Source: Mobula hypostoma
Taxonomy: Eukaryota
NCBI RefSeq assembly: GCF_963921235.1
Contig: NC_086108.1
Location: 22,568,001 to 22,632,000 of the forward strand
DNA length: 64,000 bases
Direction: 5' to 3'
Position numbers and translations under genes: made by a program. Shown here piece after piece: positions 28,082 through 39,649 of the stretch (the first letter of the stretch is position 1; each line of letters opens with the position of its first letter). The notes beneath the pieces are model-generated. The model was not told the origin of the DNA, searched no databases, and worked only from the letters and a program-made list of their open reading frames with translations.

Positions 28082-28532
28082 CTCTGCAGTCCAACGTGAT
28101 CAGCCTAAGCCCGACACCCTGGAATACAACAAGTACGTTGCACCACCCCCATTTCCACAGTAGCTTTAGAAGCCCTTCCCAGCAGAACAGTCTGCGAGCG
28201 ATGTGTGGGAACAGTTCTCTGAATACTGCTCTGCCCATCCTCTGTACAGAACTTCAGGCCAACCTGTCAACGAGACTCGGATCTGAAAATTTCACCAGCC
28301 ACTCCAGAATTGGACCCAGCGGCCAGCAACTTGAGGAACCAAAGCAGGAGCGCATACTTGAACGACTTCATACGGACTCGGAGCCGGGTATCAACACTGG
28401 AACTGAGGAGAGATTTAGCTACAGCCTATTAACTGATTCACTTTACCCGCTTTCCAATTCCACCTCATTCCACCTCTTGAATTTAGTTAATAACCACAGG
28501 GCAGAGCCTGTGCAGTCACCAGACACTGAAAG
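28082..28532 (+). CDS. adamtsl7: ADAMTSL2-family exon, N-glycan-rich linker
   Basis: ttccctccttag acceptor (phase 1), AG|gtaaga donor (phase 2), 451 bp open, sequons NTT/NSS/NLS/NFT/NST; phase-compatible with both neighbours. Homology itself is weak. Confidence 0.8.
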
Positions 28533-29159
28533 GTAAGATTCAATTTTGAAGTCTTTCTTCATTCGGGCAATCCACCAACTCGTATGTAAGCATTAGATTC
28601 TGAAATGAATTGTAGGCCTTGTAATCCTCCTGCCTCACTGCAAGGTCATGCTTTTCGAGAACAGTCAGCCTGATGGTTAACAGCGGAAACATAGGCACAC
28701 GAGAGGCTGCAGATACTTGAAACATGGAATGGATTGGTAATTTTAAAAATCTGTTATTTATAATGAGACATAATTTTGACCTTCACTTCAGTGAGCCAAA
28801 TAATTAGGATTTTTTTTTACCTTCCTTATAAATATGATAAATGAGGAGGGCATACTTTTTGTTAGGCTGGCTGGCTTGAATATAACTAGAGGTGAAATGT
28901 GGCACCTTTGTTTTGCAAATGTTTCTTTTGTGTTTTGCCTGTCAATTATGTGAAGCTGCAAATCTTTCTCTAGTAAATGTGTAGCATTTTATATCTATGG
29001 ATTGACATGGACTGGTGCATTCTCTCTGGGAAGCATCTGTGCCAGTTAACAGGAATTCCTCAGGTGATATCAATTTAGTAATTCCAACTTCTGGAATGAC
29101 CTGGATCAGCATACACCTGGAGCAATACCAGTTATGCTGGAGGCAATGCGACAGCATTG

Positions 29160-29670
29160 TTCAAAGTTCAAAGTAAATTTATTATCAAAGTACATATATG
29201 TCACCATATACAACCCTGAGGTTCATTTTTTTTATGGGCATACTCAATAAATCCTCAATAACCATAATAAAATTAATGAAAGACTGCACCTTGAGGATAG
29301 AACCAGTGCGGAAAAGATGACAAACTGTGCACATATGAAAAGAAATAAATAATAAGTAAACAAATATTGAAGATGAATAGTTCTTGAAAATAAGTCCATA
29401 GTTTGTGGGAACATTTCAATGATGGGATGAGTGAAGTTATCCCCTTTGGTTCAAGAGCCTGATGGTTGAGGGGTAGTAACTGTTCCTGAACCTGGTGGTG
29501 TGAGTCAAGAGGCTCCTGTACCTCTTTCCTGATGGCAGCAACGAGAAGAGAGCGTGACCTGGATGGTGGTGGAGGTCACTGATGATGGATGCTTGTGGCA
29601 GTGCTTTGTGTAGATGTGCTCATTGGTGGAGAGGGCTCTACCCATGATGGACAAGGCCGTATCCACTACT
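29160..29670 (-). mobile_element. Decayed Rex1/L2-type LINE 3' end
   Basis: ttcaaagttcaaagtaaatttatt tail and ttcaagagcctgatggttgaggggtagtaactgttcctgaacctgg block. Confidence 0.7.
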
Positions 29671-30249
29671 TTTTGTTGTTTCAACCCTGTTGGCTGTACC
29701 CGACTGTCATATAGCCACTGCCCTCACTTTCTTCCTCGTGATTCTCATCCATTCTCGTGTATGAAAGAATCGTACTAGAAGAAAGTTGGGAGTGTATTCA
29801 CAGCCTAGATTTTGCTGGATATAGGCCACATACTGGAGTTAGGGACAAGCAAGTTACGGTTGTGTATTGTTGGGACGTTTGTTGGAACAATAGCCTGTTG
29901 CTGACAATGGTGACGTTGTTCGCCTTGCAGACACAGCTTGAGTGTCACAAAAACATTAGCAATATTTAACACAACTCAACATCACAGGGAGAAATTTATA
30001 GCTGAGTGAGAGATGATCACATATAGTGCAATGGTTGTAACTTTGACATCAACATGTTGCTGATTCAGTTGTGCTTCCCCTCTCATCCTGTAATATAGAA
30101 ATCGGAATCAATTTTGCTCAATTCTCATTAACAACTCCTGGTTAAACACATGAGTAATGTCAGATCATTCAGTATCTTGGAAAGAAATCTAAACTGAAGA
30201 GAGGATAAATTTTAAGAAACAGGTTTTGGATAAAGGGAACACTGATTTA

Positions 30250-31380
30250 GATGGTAATCTTGCCCACGGCACCCCTTCTTCCTTCTCCCTTCAGCTAATG
30301 ACTCCAATTCCTCCCACTTGGCTTCCTGAAAGGGATTCTTTCCTTCCTCCTCATTTCTCCATCTCTCTCACATCCTGCGGGTTCCATCTGCTAGTTTTGT
30401 TGATCCTACTTCCTCATGGACAGGATGCTCAACCATGTTTATTTCCTTCCCAGCGCTTTCTGCCCTTGCCCCCTCTCCTCCCATATAGAACCAGAAAAGC
30501 CTTCCTTTCGTTCTCCTCTTCCACTCCACCAGCCTCCTCATTCAACTCTCAATCATTTCTCAACATCGTTGAGGCTGCGTTTGGAACATTGTCTTCAGTT
30601 TGCTCTTGGAAAGTTGCCATTGAGCTCGAAGGAATGCATAAAAAGTTTACAAGGATGTTGCTGGGACTCGAGGGGCTGAGCTAGAGAGGTTGAGCAGCCT
30701 GTGACATTCATTCCCCCCCAGTGATCTCAGAAGTGCAGAAAATCATGAGGGGCAGAGAGAGGGGAATGTACACAGTCTTTTTAGCAGAGTTGGTGAATCA
30801 GAAACTGGAGGTTTAAGGTGAGAAGGGAGAGATTTAATAAAGTTTATGGGGCAAAATTTTCACGCTGAGGTTGGCCACTATATGGAATGAGCTGCCAGAG
30901 AAATTGGTTGAGGCCGGTATGTTAACAACATTTAAAAGACACTTTGAAAAATATATGGATAGGAAGAGTTTATTGAGAATATGGTTGAAATGCAGATAAG
31001 TAGGATTGGCTTAGATGGGTACCTTGGTCACCCTAGGCTGTATGTTCTGATTCCTTACCACGTGACTCTGTCCACTCCCATTCCCATTGTCCCTTGCTGT
31101 TCAATAGCTTGAGATGCAGCACCTGCCTGTTTACAAGGGGACCAAACACAGCTTTCACATGAAGCAGTGATTTACTTGTATGACTTCCAATTTAGCAGAA
31201 TGTATTCAGTGCTCTCTTTGTGGTCTCCTCTCTCAGGGAAACCAAGTGCTGAATGTGTGACCTACATTCAGTCCGCAAGGGTGTCCCTGAAATTCTGATC
31301 ATTCCTAACCCTGCACTCCCAGTCTGCCACCCCGACCTGTGAACTCTCAGACTGTTTCAATGAAATTTAATATAAACTAT
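30250..31380 (+). mobile_element. Old Penelope remnant interrupted by a CR1 3' fragment (~30570-31050)
   Basis: Degenerate match to the Penelope GIY-YIG region at 37530-37800; the CR1 KKFTRMLLGLEGLS segment lies inside it. Confidence 0.55.
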
Positions 31381-31387
31381 AAGGATG

Positions 31388-32648
31388 ACCATAAGACAAA
31401 GGAGCAGAAGTCGGCCTTTTGGCCCATCAAGTCTGCTCCGCCATTTTATCATGAGCTGATCCATTCTCCCATTTAGTCCCACTCCCCCGCCTTCTCACCA
31501 TAACCTTTCATGCCCTGGCTACTCAGATACCTATCAATCTGTGCCTTAAATACACCCAATGACTTGGCCTCCACTGCTGCCCATGGCAACAAATTCCATA
31601 GATTCACCACCCTCTGACTAAAAAAATTTCTTTGCTTTCTGTTCTGAATGGGCACCCTTCAATCCCGAAGTCATGCCCTCTCGTGCTAGACTCCCCCATC
31701 ATGGAAAACAACTTTGCCACATCCACTCTGTCCATGCCTTTCAAAATATTTCTATAAGGTCTCCCCTCATTCTTCTAAACTCCAAGGAATACAGTCCAAG
31801 AACGGACAAACGTTCCTCATATGTTAACCCTCTCATTCCTGGAATTATTCTAGTGAATCTTCTCTGTACCCTCTCCAACGTCAGCACATCCTTTCTTAAA
31901 TAAGGAGACCAAAACTGCCCACAGAACTCCAAGTGAGGTCTCACCAGCGCCTTATAGAACCTCAACATCACATCCCTGCTCCTATACTCTATTCCTCTAG
32001 AAATGAATGCCAACATTGCATTTGCCTTCTTCACTACTGACTCAACCTGGAGGTTAACTTTAAGGGTATCCTGTACGAGGACTCCCAAGTCCCGTTGCAT
32101 CTCCGAACTTTGAATTCTTTTCCCATTTAAATAATAGTCTGCCCGTTTATTTTTTCTACCAAAGTGCATAACTGTACACTTTCCAGCATTGTACTTCATT
32201 TGTCACTTCTCTGCCCATTCTTCCAATCTATCCAAGTCTCTCTGTAGACTCTCCGTTTCCTCAGCACTACCGGCCCCTCCACCTATCTTCGTATCGTCAG
32301 TAAACTTAGCCACAAAGCCATCTATTCCATAGTCCAAATCGTTGATGTACAATGTAAAAAGAAGCGGCCCCAACACTGACCCCTGTGGAATACCACTGGT
32401 AACCGGCAGCCAACCAGAATAGGATCCCTTTATTCCCACTCTCTGTTTCCTGCCAATCAGCCAATGCTCTATCCACATATGTAACTTTCCCGTAATTCCA
32501 TGGGCTCTTATCTTGTTAAGTAGCCTCATGTGTGGCACCTTGTCAAAGGCCTTCTGAAAATCCAAATATACAACATCCACTGCATCTCCCTTGTCTAGCC
32601 TACTGGTAATTTCCTCAAAAAATTGTCGTAGGTTTGTCAGGCAGGATA
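31388..32648 (-). mobile_element. CR1 LINE RT and 3' UTR, 5'-truncated
   Basis: YLDFQKAFDKVPH, SGIPQGSVLGP, FTDDTK, RPHLE..QFWSP. Confidence 0.95.
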
Positions 32649-32970
32649 ACATCATATCTTCCAACTTCACACATTCTGCTTTTGTATTTAAATACTAACA
32701 GCACATCCAGAAAGGATTTTTCTGTAAGTTTCAACAACGATTCTTCTTCTCCCACTCATATCTCCGTGAGACTGACCCTAACATTCATTCGCACTTCCTT
32801 GGCCCCATTTCACTCTTAATCTCATTGGATTTTTACAACTTCACTTAACTTCCTCTTGTGTTCTCTCCTACCCTCTCCACATCTTAAAACTTGACTTATC
32901 AGCTTCATGAAGGATCATTAAACTCTAAGTGTTTCACTTCTTAGATATTACCCGATCTACTGAGTACATC

Positions 32971-33975
32971 GAACCGTACAGCACAGGAGCAGGCTCTTCA
33001 GCGCACAATGTTGTACCAAACCAATTAAACTAGTAATCAAATGGCCAACCAAACAAATCCCCTCTGCCTACACAATGTCCATATCCCCTCCATTTTCCCC
33101 ACATTCACGTCTCTTAAAAAATCTCTAATGTATCTGCCTCTACCATCACCTCAGGCATCTACCACTCTAGGGGGTGGGGCTGGGGAACAGGAAATAATAA
33201 AAATAAAAACTTGCCCCTTGCATCTCCTTTGCACTTGCCTACTCTTTCCTTAAATGCGTGCCTTCTGGTATTAGACATTTTGACCCTGGGGAGAAAAAGA
33301 TAACTGACTTTCTAGTCTATTTATGCTCTCAAAATTTTAATGACCTCTATCAGATCTCTCCTTGGCCTCTGGTGCTATGGAGAAATCACTAAAATGTGTC
33401 CAAACCTCTCGTTACAGCACATGTCCTCTAATCCAGGCAGCATCCCGGTAAACCTCTTGTGCACCCTCACAACATCCTTCTTATAAGAGGGTGATCAGAA
33501 CTGTATGCAATACTTCAGATGCTGCCTAAGAGTTTTATAAAGCTGCAACATAGTTTCCTGACTTTTAAAATCAGTGACTCAACTAATAAAGGCAAGCATG
33601 ACATATGCATCCTAAACTACCCTTTCAACCTGTGTAGCCACTTTTAGGGGGCTATGAACTTGGAACCCAAGATCCTGCTGCTCTTCAACACTCTTAAGGG
33701 TCTTGCCCTTGACAGTGTCTCTCTTTAAATTTGACCTTTTCAAGGTGCAAATCTTTACAATTGGCTGTGTTAAACTCCATCTGCCATTCCTTGGCCCATA
33801 TCTGCAACTGATCTATATCCCGTTGTATTCTTTGCTAGTCTTCTATAACACCATCAATTTTTGTATCATCTGCAAGCTTACTAACCCATGCATCTACATT
33901 TTCACTGAGGTCATTTATATACATCACAAACAGCAGTGGTCCCAGTATAAGTCCCTGTGGAACACCACTAATCAC
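32971..33975 (-). mobile_element. CR1 3' part, probably continued at ~38870-39270 beyond nested insertions
   Basis: [26 protein letters not shown]; the upstream ORF2 segment IKENPKALYTYIRSK..RERVGPLKD lies at ~38870-38960 on the same strand. Confidence 0.75.
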
Positions 33976-34262
33976 AGACGACCATCTAAATGGCCAATTC
34001 ACCATTGAAACATACCAAAGTGCTGGAGGAACGCAACAAGTCAAGCAGCATCCATGGAAATGAATAAACATAGTCATACTTTATTGATCCCAGGGGAAAT
34101 TGGTTTCGTTACAGTTGCACCATAAATAATTAAATAGTAATAAAACCATAAATAATTAAATAGTCATACAACAGGAATTCTGCAGATGCTGGAAATTCAA
34201 GCAACACACATCAAAGTTGCTGGTGAATGCAGCAGGCCAGGAAGCATCTCTAGGAAGAGGTA

Positions 34263-34304
34263 CAGTCAACGTTTCGGGCCGAGACCCTTCGTCAGGACTA
34301 ACTG
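34263..34304 (-). ncRNA. Minimal type I hammerhead ribozyme motif in Penelope pLTR
   Basis: Minus strand cagttagtc-CUGACGA-a-ggg-ucucgg-ccc-GAAA-cguu-gacug. Confidence 0.8.
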
Positions 34305-35653
34305 AAGGAAGAGTTAGTAAGAGATTTGAAGGTGGGAGGGGGAGGGGGAGATCCAAAATGATAGGAGAAGACAGGAGGGGGAGGGATGGAGCCAAGAGCT
34401 GGACACGTGATTGGCAAAAGCTATATGAGAGGATCATGGAACAGGAGGCCCAGGGAGAAGGAAAAGGGGGAGGGGGGAACCCAGAGGATGGGCAAGGGGT
34501 ATAGTCAGAGGGACAGAGGGAGAAAAAGGAGAGTGAGAGAAAGAATATGTGTATAAAAATAAATAACGGATGGGGTACGAGGGGGAGGTGGGGCATTAGC
34601 GGAAGTTAGAGAAGTCAATGTTCATGCCATCAGGTTGGAGGCTACCCAGACGGAATATAAGGTGTTGTTCCTCCAACCTGAGTGTGGCTTCATCTTTACA
34701 GTAGAGGAGGCCGTGGATAGACATGTCAGAATGGGAATGGGATGTTGAATTAAAATGTGTGGCCACTGGGAGATCAAAACCACCCCACCAGCCTCCGGGT
34801 CCAATGTATTATTCTCTGTAACTTCCGCCACCTCCAACGGGATCCCACCACTAAGCACATCTTTCCCTCTTTCCCCCCCCCCCCCGCTTTCCTCAGGGAT
34901 CGCTCCCTATGCAACTTCCTTGTCCATTCGTCCCCCCATCCCTCCCCACTGATCTCCCTCTTGTAAGTGGAACAAGTGCTACACATGCCCTTACACTTCC
35001 TCCCTTACCACCATTCAGGGCCCCAGGCAGTCATTCCAGGTGAGGCAACACTTCACTTGTGAGTCGGCTGGGGTGATATACTACATCCGGTGCTCCAGAT
35101 GTGGCCTTCTATATATTGGTGAGACCTGACGCAGACTGGGAGACCGCTTTGCTGAACACCTATGCTCTGTCCGCCAGAGAAAGCGGGATCTCCCAGTGGC
35201 CACACATTTTAATTCCACATCCCATTCCCATTCTGACATGTCTAACCACAGCCTCCTCTACGTAAAGATGGAGCCACACTCAGGTTGGAGGAACAACACT
35301 TTATACTCTGTCTGGGTAGCCTCCAACCTGATGGCATGAACATTGACTTCTCAAACTTCCGCTAATGCCCCACCTCCCCCTCGTACCCTATCTGTTATTT
35401 ATATACACACATTCTTTTTCTCTTTCTCCTTTTCCTCCCTCTGTCCTCTCGCTATACCCCTTGCCCAGCCTCTGGGTCCCTCCCCACCCCCCTTGTCTTT
35501 CTCCCTGGGCCTCCTGTCCCATGATCCTCTCATATCCCCTTTGCCAATCACCTGTCCAGCTCCTGGCTCCATTCCTCCCCCTCCTGTCTTCTCCTATAAT
35601 TTTGGATCTCCCCCTCCCCCTCCTACTTTCAAATCTCTTACTAACTCTACCTT

Positions 35654-35695
35654 CAGTTAGTCCTGACGAAGGGTCTCAGCCTGAAACGTTGACTG
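35654..35695 (+). ncRNA. Minimal type I hammerhead ribozyme motif
   Basis: cagttagtc-CTGACGA-agggtctcagcct-GAAA-cgtt-gactg. Confidence 0.75.
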
Positions 35696-36617
35696 TACCT
35701 CTTCCTAGAGATGCTGCCTGGCCTGCTGCGTTCACCAGCAACTTCGATGTGTGTTGCAATAATTAAATAGTAATATGTAAATTATGCCAGGAAATAAGTC
35801 CAGGACCAGCCTATTGGCTCAGGGTGTCTGACCCTCCAAGGAAGGAGTTGTAAAGTTTGATGGCCACAGGCAGGAATGATTTCCTGTGGCACTGTGTGTT
35901 GAATCTCAGTGGAATGAGTCTCTGGCTGAATGTACTCCTGTGCCCAACTAGTATATTATGTCGTGGATGGGAGACATTGTCCAAGATGGCATGCAACTTG
36001 GACAGCATCCTCTTTTCAGACACCACCGTCAGAGAGTCCAGTTCCATCCCCACAACATCACTGGCCTTATGAATGAGTTTGTTGATTCTGTTGGTGTCTG
36101 CCACCCTCAGCCTGCTGCCCCAGCACACAACAGCAAACATGATCGCACTGGCCACCACAGACTTGTAGAACATCCTCAGCATCGTCCGACAGATGTCAAA
36201 GGACCTCAGTCTCCTCTGGAAATAGAGATGGCTCTGACCCTTCTTGTAGACAGCTCCAGTGTTCTTTGACCAGTCCAGTTTATTGTCAATTCGTATCCCC
36301 AGGTATTTGTAATCCTCCACCATGTCCACACTGACCCCCTGGATGGAAACAGGGGTCACCGGTGCCTTAGCTCTCAGTCAATGTATTGGGCCAAGATCCT
36401 TTATCAGAACTGGAAGAGAAGGGGGAATATGCTAGATTAAAAAGGTGAGAAGGAGGAGGACAAGCTAGAAAGTGATGGGTGATACTAGATGGGTGGAAAA
36501 GGTAAAGGGCTGGAGAAAAAGGAATCTGATAGGAGAGAAGAGTGGACCATGGGAGAAAGGGAAGAAGGATTGGTACAGGGTTGGGGCAGGGGGGAGGTGA
36601 TAGGCAGGTGAGGAGAG

Positions 36618-37886
36618 TCTACCACCACTCTGCTCCATCTAGCAGAATTAGTCCTTACTCTTAATAATTTCTCCTTTTGCTCCTCCCATTTCCTCCAAAC
36701 TAAAGGTGTAGCTATGGGCACCCGTATGGGTCCTAGCTATGCCTGCCTTTTTGTTGGGTTTGTGGAACAATCTATGTTCCGTGCCTATTCTGGTATCTGT
36801 CCCCCACTTTTCCTTCGCTACATCGACGACTGCATTGGCGCTGCTTCCTGCACGCATGCAGAACTCGTTGACTTTATTAACTTTGCCTCCAACTTTCACC
36901 CTGCCCTCAAGTTTACCTGGTCCATTTCCGACACCTCCCTCCCCTTTCTAGATCTTTCTGTCTCTGTCTCTGGAGACAGCTTATCCACTGATGTCTACTA
37001 TAAGCCTACTGACTCTCACAGCTATCTGGACTATTCCTCTTCTCACCCTGTCTCTTGCAAAAACGCCATCCCCTTCTCGCAATTCCTCCGTCTCCGCCGC
37101 ATCTGCTCTCAGGATGAGGCTTTTCATTCTAGGACGAGGGAGATGTCTTCATTTTTTAAAGAAAGGGGCTTCCCTTCCTCCACTATCAACTCTGCTCTTA
37201 AACGCATCTCCCCCATTTCACGTACATCTGCTCTCACTCCATCCTCCCACCCCCCCACTAGGAATAGGGTTCCCCTGGTTCTCACCTACCACCCCACCAG
37301 CCTCCGGGTCCAACATATTATTCTCCGTAACTTCCGCCACCTCCAACGGGATCCCACCACTAAGCATATCTTTCCCTCCCCCCCTCTCTCTGCATTCCGC
37401 AGGGATCGCTCCCTACACAACTCCCTTGTCCATTCGTCCCCCCCATCCCTCCCCACTGATCTCCCTCCTGGCACTTATCCGTGTAAGCGGAAGAAGTGCT
37501 ACACATGCCCTTACACTTCCTCCCTTACCACCATTCAGGGCCCCAAACAGTCCTTCCAGGTGAGGCATCACTTCACCTGTGAGTCGACTGGGGTGATATA
37601 CTGCGTCCGGTGCTCCCGATGTGGCCTTTTATATATTGGTGAGACCCGACGCAGACTGGGAGATCGCTTTGCTGAACATCTACGCTCTGTCCGCCAGAGA
37701 AAGCAGGATCTCCCAGTGGCCACACATTTTAATTCCACATCCCATTCCCATTCTGACATGTCTATCCACGGCCTCCTCTACTGTAAAGATGAAGCCACAC
37801 TCAGGTTGGAGGAACAACACCTTATATTCCGTATGGGTAGCCTCCAACCTGATGGCATGAACATTGACTTCTCTAACTTCCGCTAG
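36618..37886 (+). CDS. Penelope RT C-terminal half plus GIY-YIG endonuclease, 5'-truncated
   Basis: QTKGVAMGTRMGPSYA, RYIDD, LPFLD, VYYKPT, CKRKKCYTC, VIYCVRC..CGLLYIGET, RFAEH; no stops over ~420 codons. Confidence 0.92.
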   Translation, partial: STTTLLHLAELVLTLNNFSFCSSHFLQTKGVAMGTRMGPSYACLFVGFVEQSMFRAYSGICPPLFLRYIDDCIGAASCTHAELVDFINFASNFHPALKFTWSISDTSLPFLDLSVSVSGDSLSTDVYYKPTDSHSYLDYSSSHPVSCKNAIPFSQFLRLRRICSQDEAFHSRTREMSSFFKERGFPSSTINSALKRISPISRTSALTPSSHPPTRNRVPLVLTYHPTSLRVQHIILRNFRHLQRDPTTKHIFPSPPLSAFRRDRSLHNSLVHSSPPSLPTDLPPGTYPCKRKKCYTCPYTSSLTTIQGPKQSFQVRHHFTCESTGVIYCVRCSRCGLLYIGETRRRLGDRFAEHLRSVRQRKQDLPVATHFNSTSHSHSDMSIHGLLYCKDEATLRLEEQHLIFRMGSLQPDGMNIDFSNFR

Positions 37887-38172
37887 GCCCCACCTCCCCC
37901 TCGTACCCCATCTGTTACTCTTTTTTATGCACACATTCTTTCTCTCACTCTCCTTTTTCTCCCTCTGTCCCTCTGAATATACCTCTTGCCCATCCTCTGG
38001 GTCACCCCCCCCCGTCTTTTTCCCGGACCTCCTGTCCCATGATCCTCTCGTATCCCCTTCTGCCGATCACCTGTCCAGCTCTCGGCTCCATCCCTCCCCC
38101 TCCTGTCTTCTCCTATCATTTTGCATCTCCCCCTCCCCCTCCAGCTTTCAAATCCCTTACTCACTCTTCCTT

Positions 38173-38214
38173 CAGTTAGTCCTGACGAAGGGTCTCGGCC
38201 TGAAACGTCGACTG
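38173..38214 (+). ncRNA. Minimal type I hammerhead ribozyme motif with GUC cleavage triplet
   Basis: cagttagtc-CTGACGA-agggtctcggcct-GAAA-cGTC-gactg; palindromic ACGU stem III. Confidence 0.82.
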
Positions 38215-39649
38215 CGCCTCTTCCTATAGATGCTGCCTGGCCTGCTGCGTTCACCAGCAACTTTGATGTGTGTTGCTTGAATTTCCAGCATCTGCAGAAT
38301 TCCTGTTGTTTGAGAAGAAGAAAGAGGCCAGTGGGGAACAGAAGAGGGAAAGGATGGGGGGGCGGAAATAAAAGGAAGGTGTAATTAATGTTCATGCCAT
38401 CAGTTTGGAGACTACCTAAACAGACTATGAGGTATTGTTTCTCCACCCGGAGAGTGCCCACATCTTAGCACAAGAGGAGGTTATGGACTGGTGTGTTGGG
38501 ACGGCAATGAGAATTGGAATTAAAATGGTTGGACACTGGGAAAGTTTGCTTTTGGCAGAAGGAGCGGAAGTGTTCGACAAAACGGTTCCCTCAACTTAAA
38601 TCAGATCTCACCAATGCTGAGGAGGCCAGATCAGGAGCAATGTATAAATAAATGACCCCAGTAGATTTACAGGTGAAGTGTTCCCTCACCTGGAAGGACT
38701 GCTTGGGGTTCTGAATGGAGGTGAGGGAGGAGGTGAATGGACAGGTGTAGAACTTCTGTTGCATGTAGGGACATGTGTCAGGAGTGAGATTAGTGGACAA
38801 GGGAATCAGAGGGTGTGATCCCTGTGGAAAGCGAAGAGTTTGGGTGGGGGGGCGGTGAGGTAAAGATGTTTATCCTTGAGCGGTCCCACCCTCTCCCGAG
38901 TTATACTCTTGCTCCTGATGTATGTATACAATGCTTTGGGATTCTCTTTAATCCTAGTTGCCAAAGGACTTCTCATGGCCCCTCCTGACTTTTCTAATTC
39001 CCTTGAGTTCTCTTCTGGCTTCTTTGTAATCCTCAAGGACTCTTGTTTGATTCTAGCTTCCTAAGATTTGTATAGTTTTTTTAATCTTCTTGACTAAATT
39101 CACCACTCCCCTCGACATACAAGGTTCTCTTACCTTAACTTGTCACCACTGTCCTTCCCTCTGACTTGAATACACCTGTACCGTACTATGTGCAGTTGGT
39201 GTTTAAGCACACTCCACATGGCAGATGTGGACTTGCCCAAAAACAGCTGTTCCCAGTTAACTCTCCCTAGTTTCTGCTTCCTCTGGTTTTCCCCCACCTT
39301 TCAAACACATGCTGGTTTGATAGGTTAATTGGCCACTGCAAATTATTGTTATCGTAGATGGAGTAACAGAATCGGGAGTGGGCAGCGGGGATGAACTAAT
39401 GGAAATATTGTGAGAATATTATTAAAAATTGGGGGCAGCTGCTGAGTGGAAGATTGCTTGGGTTATTAGTAACTTAGTAAGGGACATTAGAAAGAAATGA
39501 GGTGTAAGTTGAATGGCCATTGTTGGAGTGGGCCATTGTTAGAGTAGCCAGGACTTGGCTCAACAGGCTTCGCTGAGAACAGGGTACTGAGTCATTTGGA
39601 ATTGTTTAGTTGATTGTAGAACTTCCTGTAAGCTTAAGAAGTTAGAGGC

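Larger units (their letters stand above)
34169..35757. mobile_element. Penelope-like element as a tail-out inverted dimer
   Basis: 34169-34775 is a - copy and ~34780-35757 a + copy of the GIY-YIG/pLTR region; 18 bp TSD aataattaaatagt(c/a)ata at 34151-34168 and 35758-35775. Confidence 0.9.
34071..36374 (-). mobile_element. Rex1/Babar LINE 3' end, interrupted by Penelope 34169-35757
   Basis: VEDYKYLGIRIDNKLDWSKNT..LYF.RRLRSF ORF (35811-36359); 3' tail gggatcaataaagtatgactatg at 34069-34093 (-). Confidence 0.85.
36618..38310 (+). mobile_element. Young 5'-truncated Penelope element inserted in an older - strand Penelope remnant (~34010-34070, 36375-36617, 38311-38870)
   Basis: Uninterrupted RT/GIY-YIG frame followed by a pyrimidine-rich UTR and a pLTR with hammerhead. 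Confidence 0.93.

Noticed and set aside
36991..37563. 190 aa overlapping ORF in Penelope, plus recurring ORFs at 34156, 35365 and 37925
   Set aside because: Alternate-frame or antisense products of C-rich Penelope sequence.
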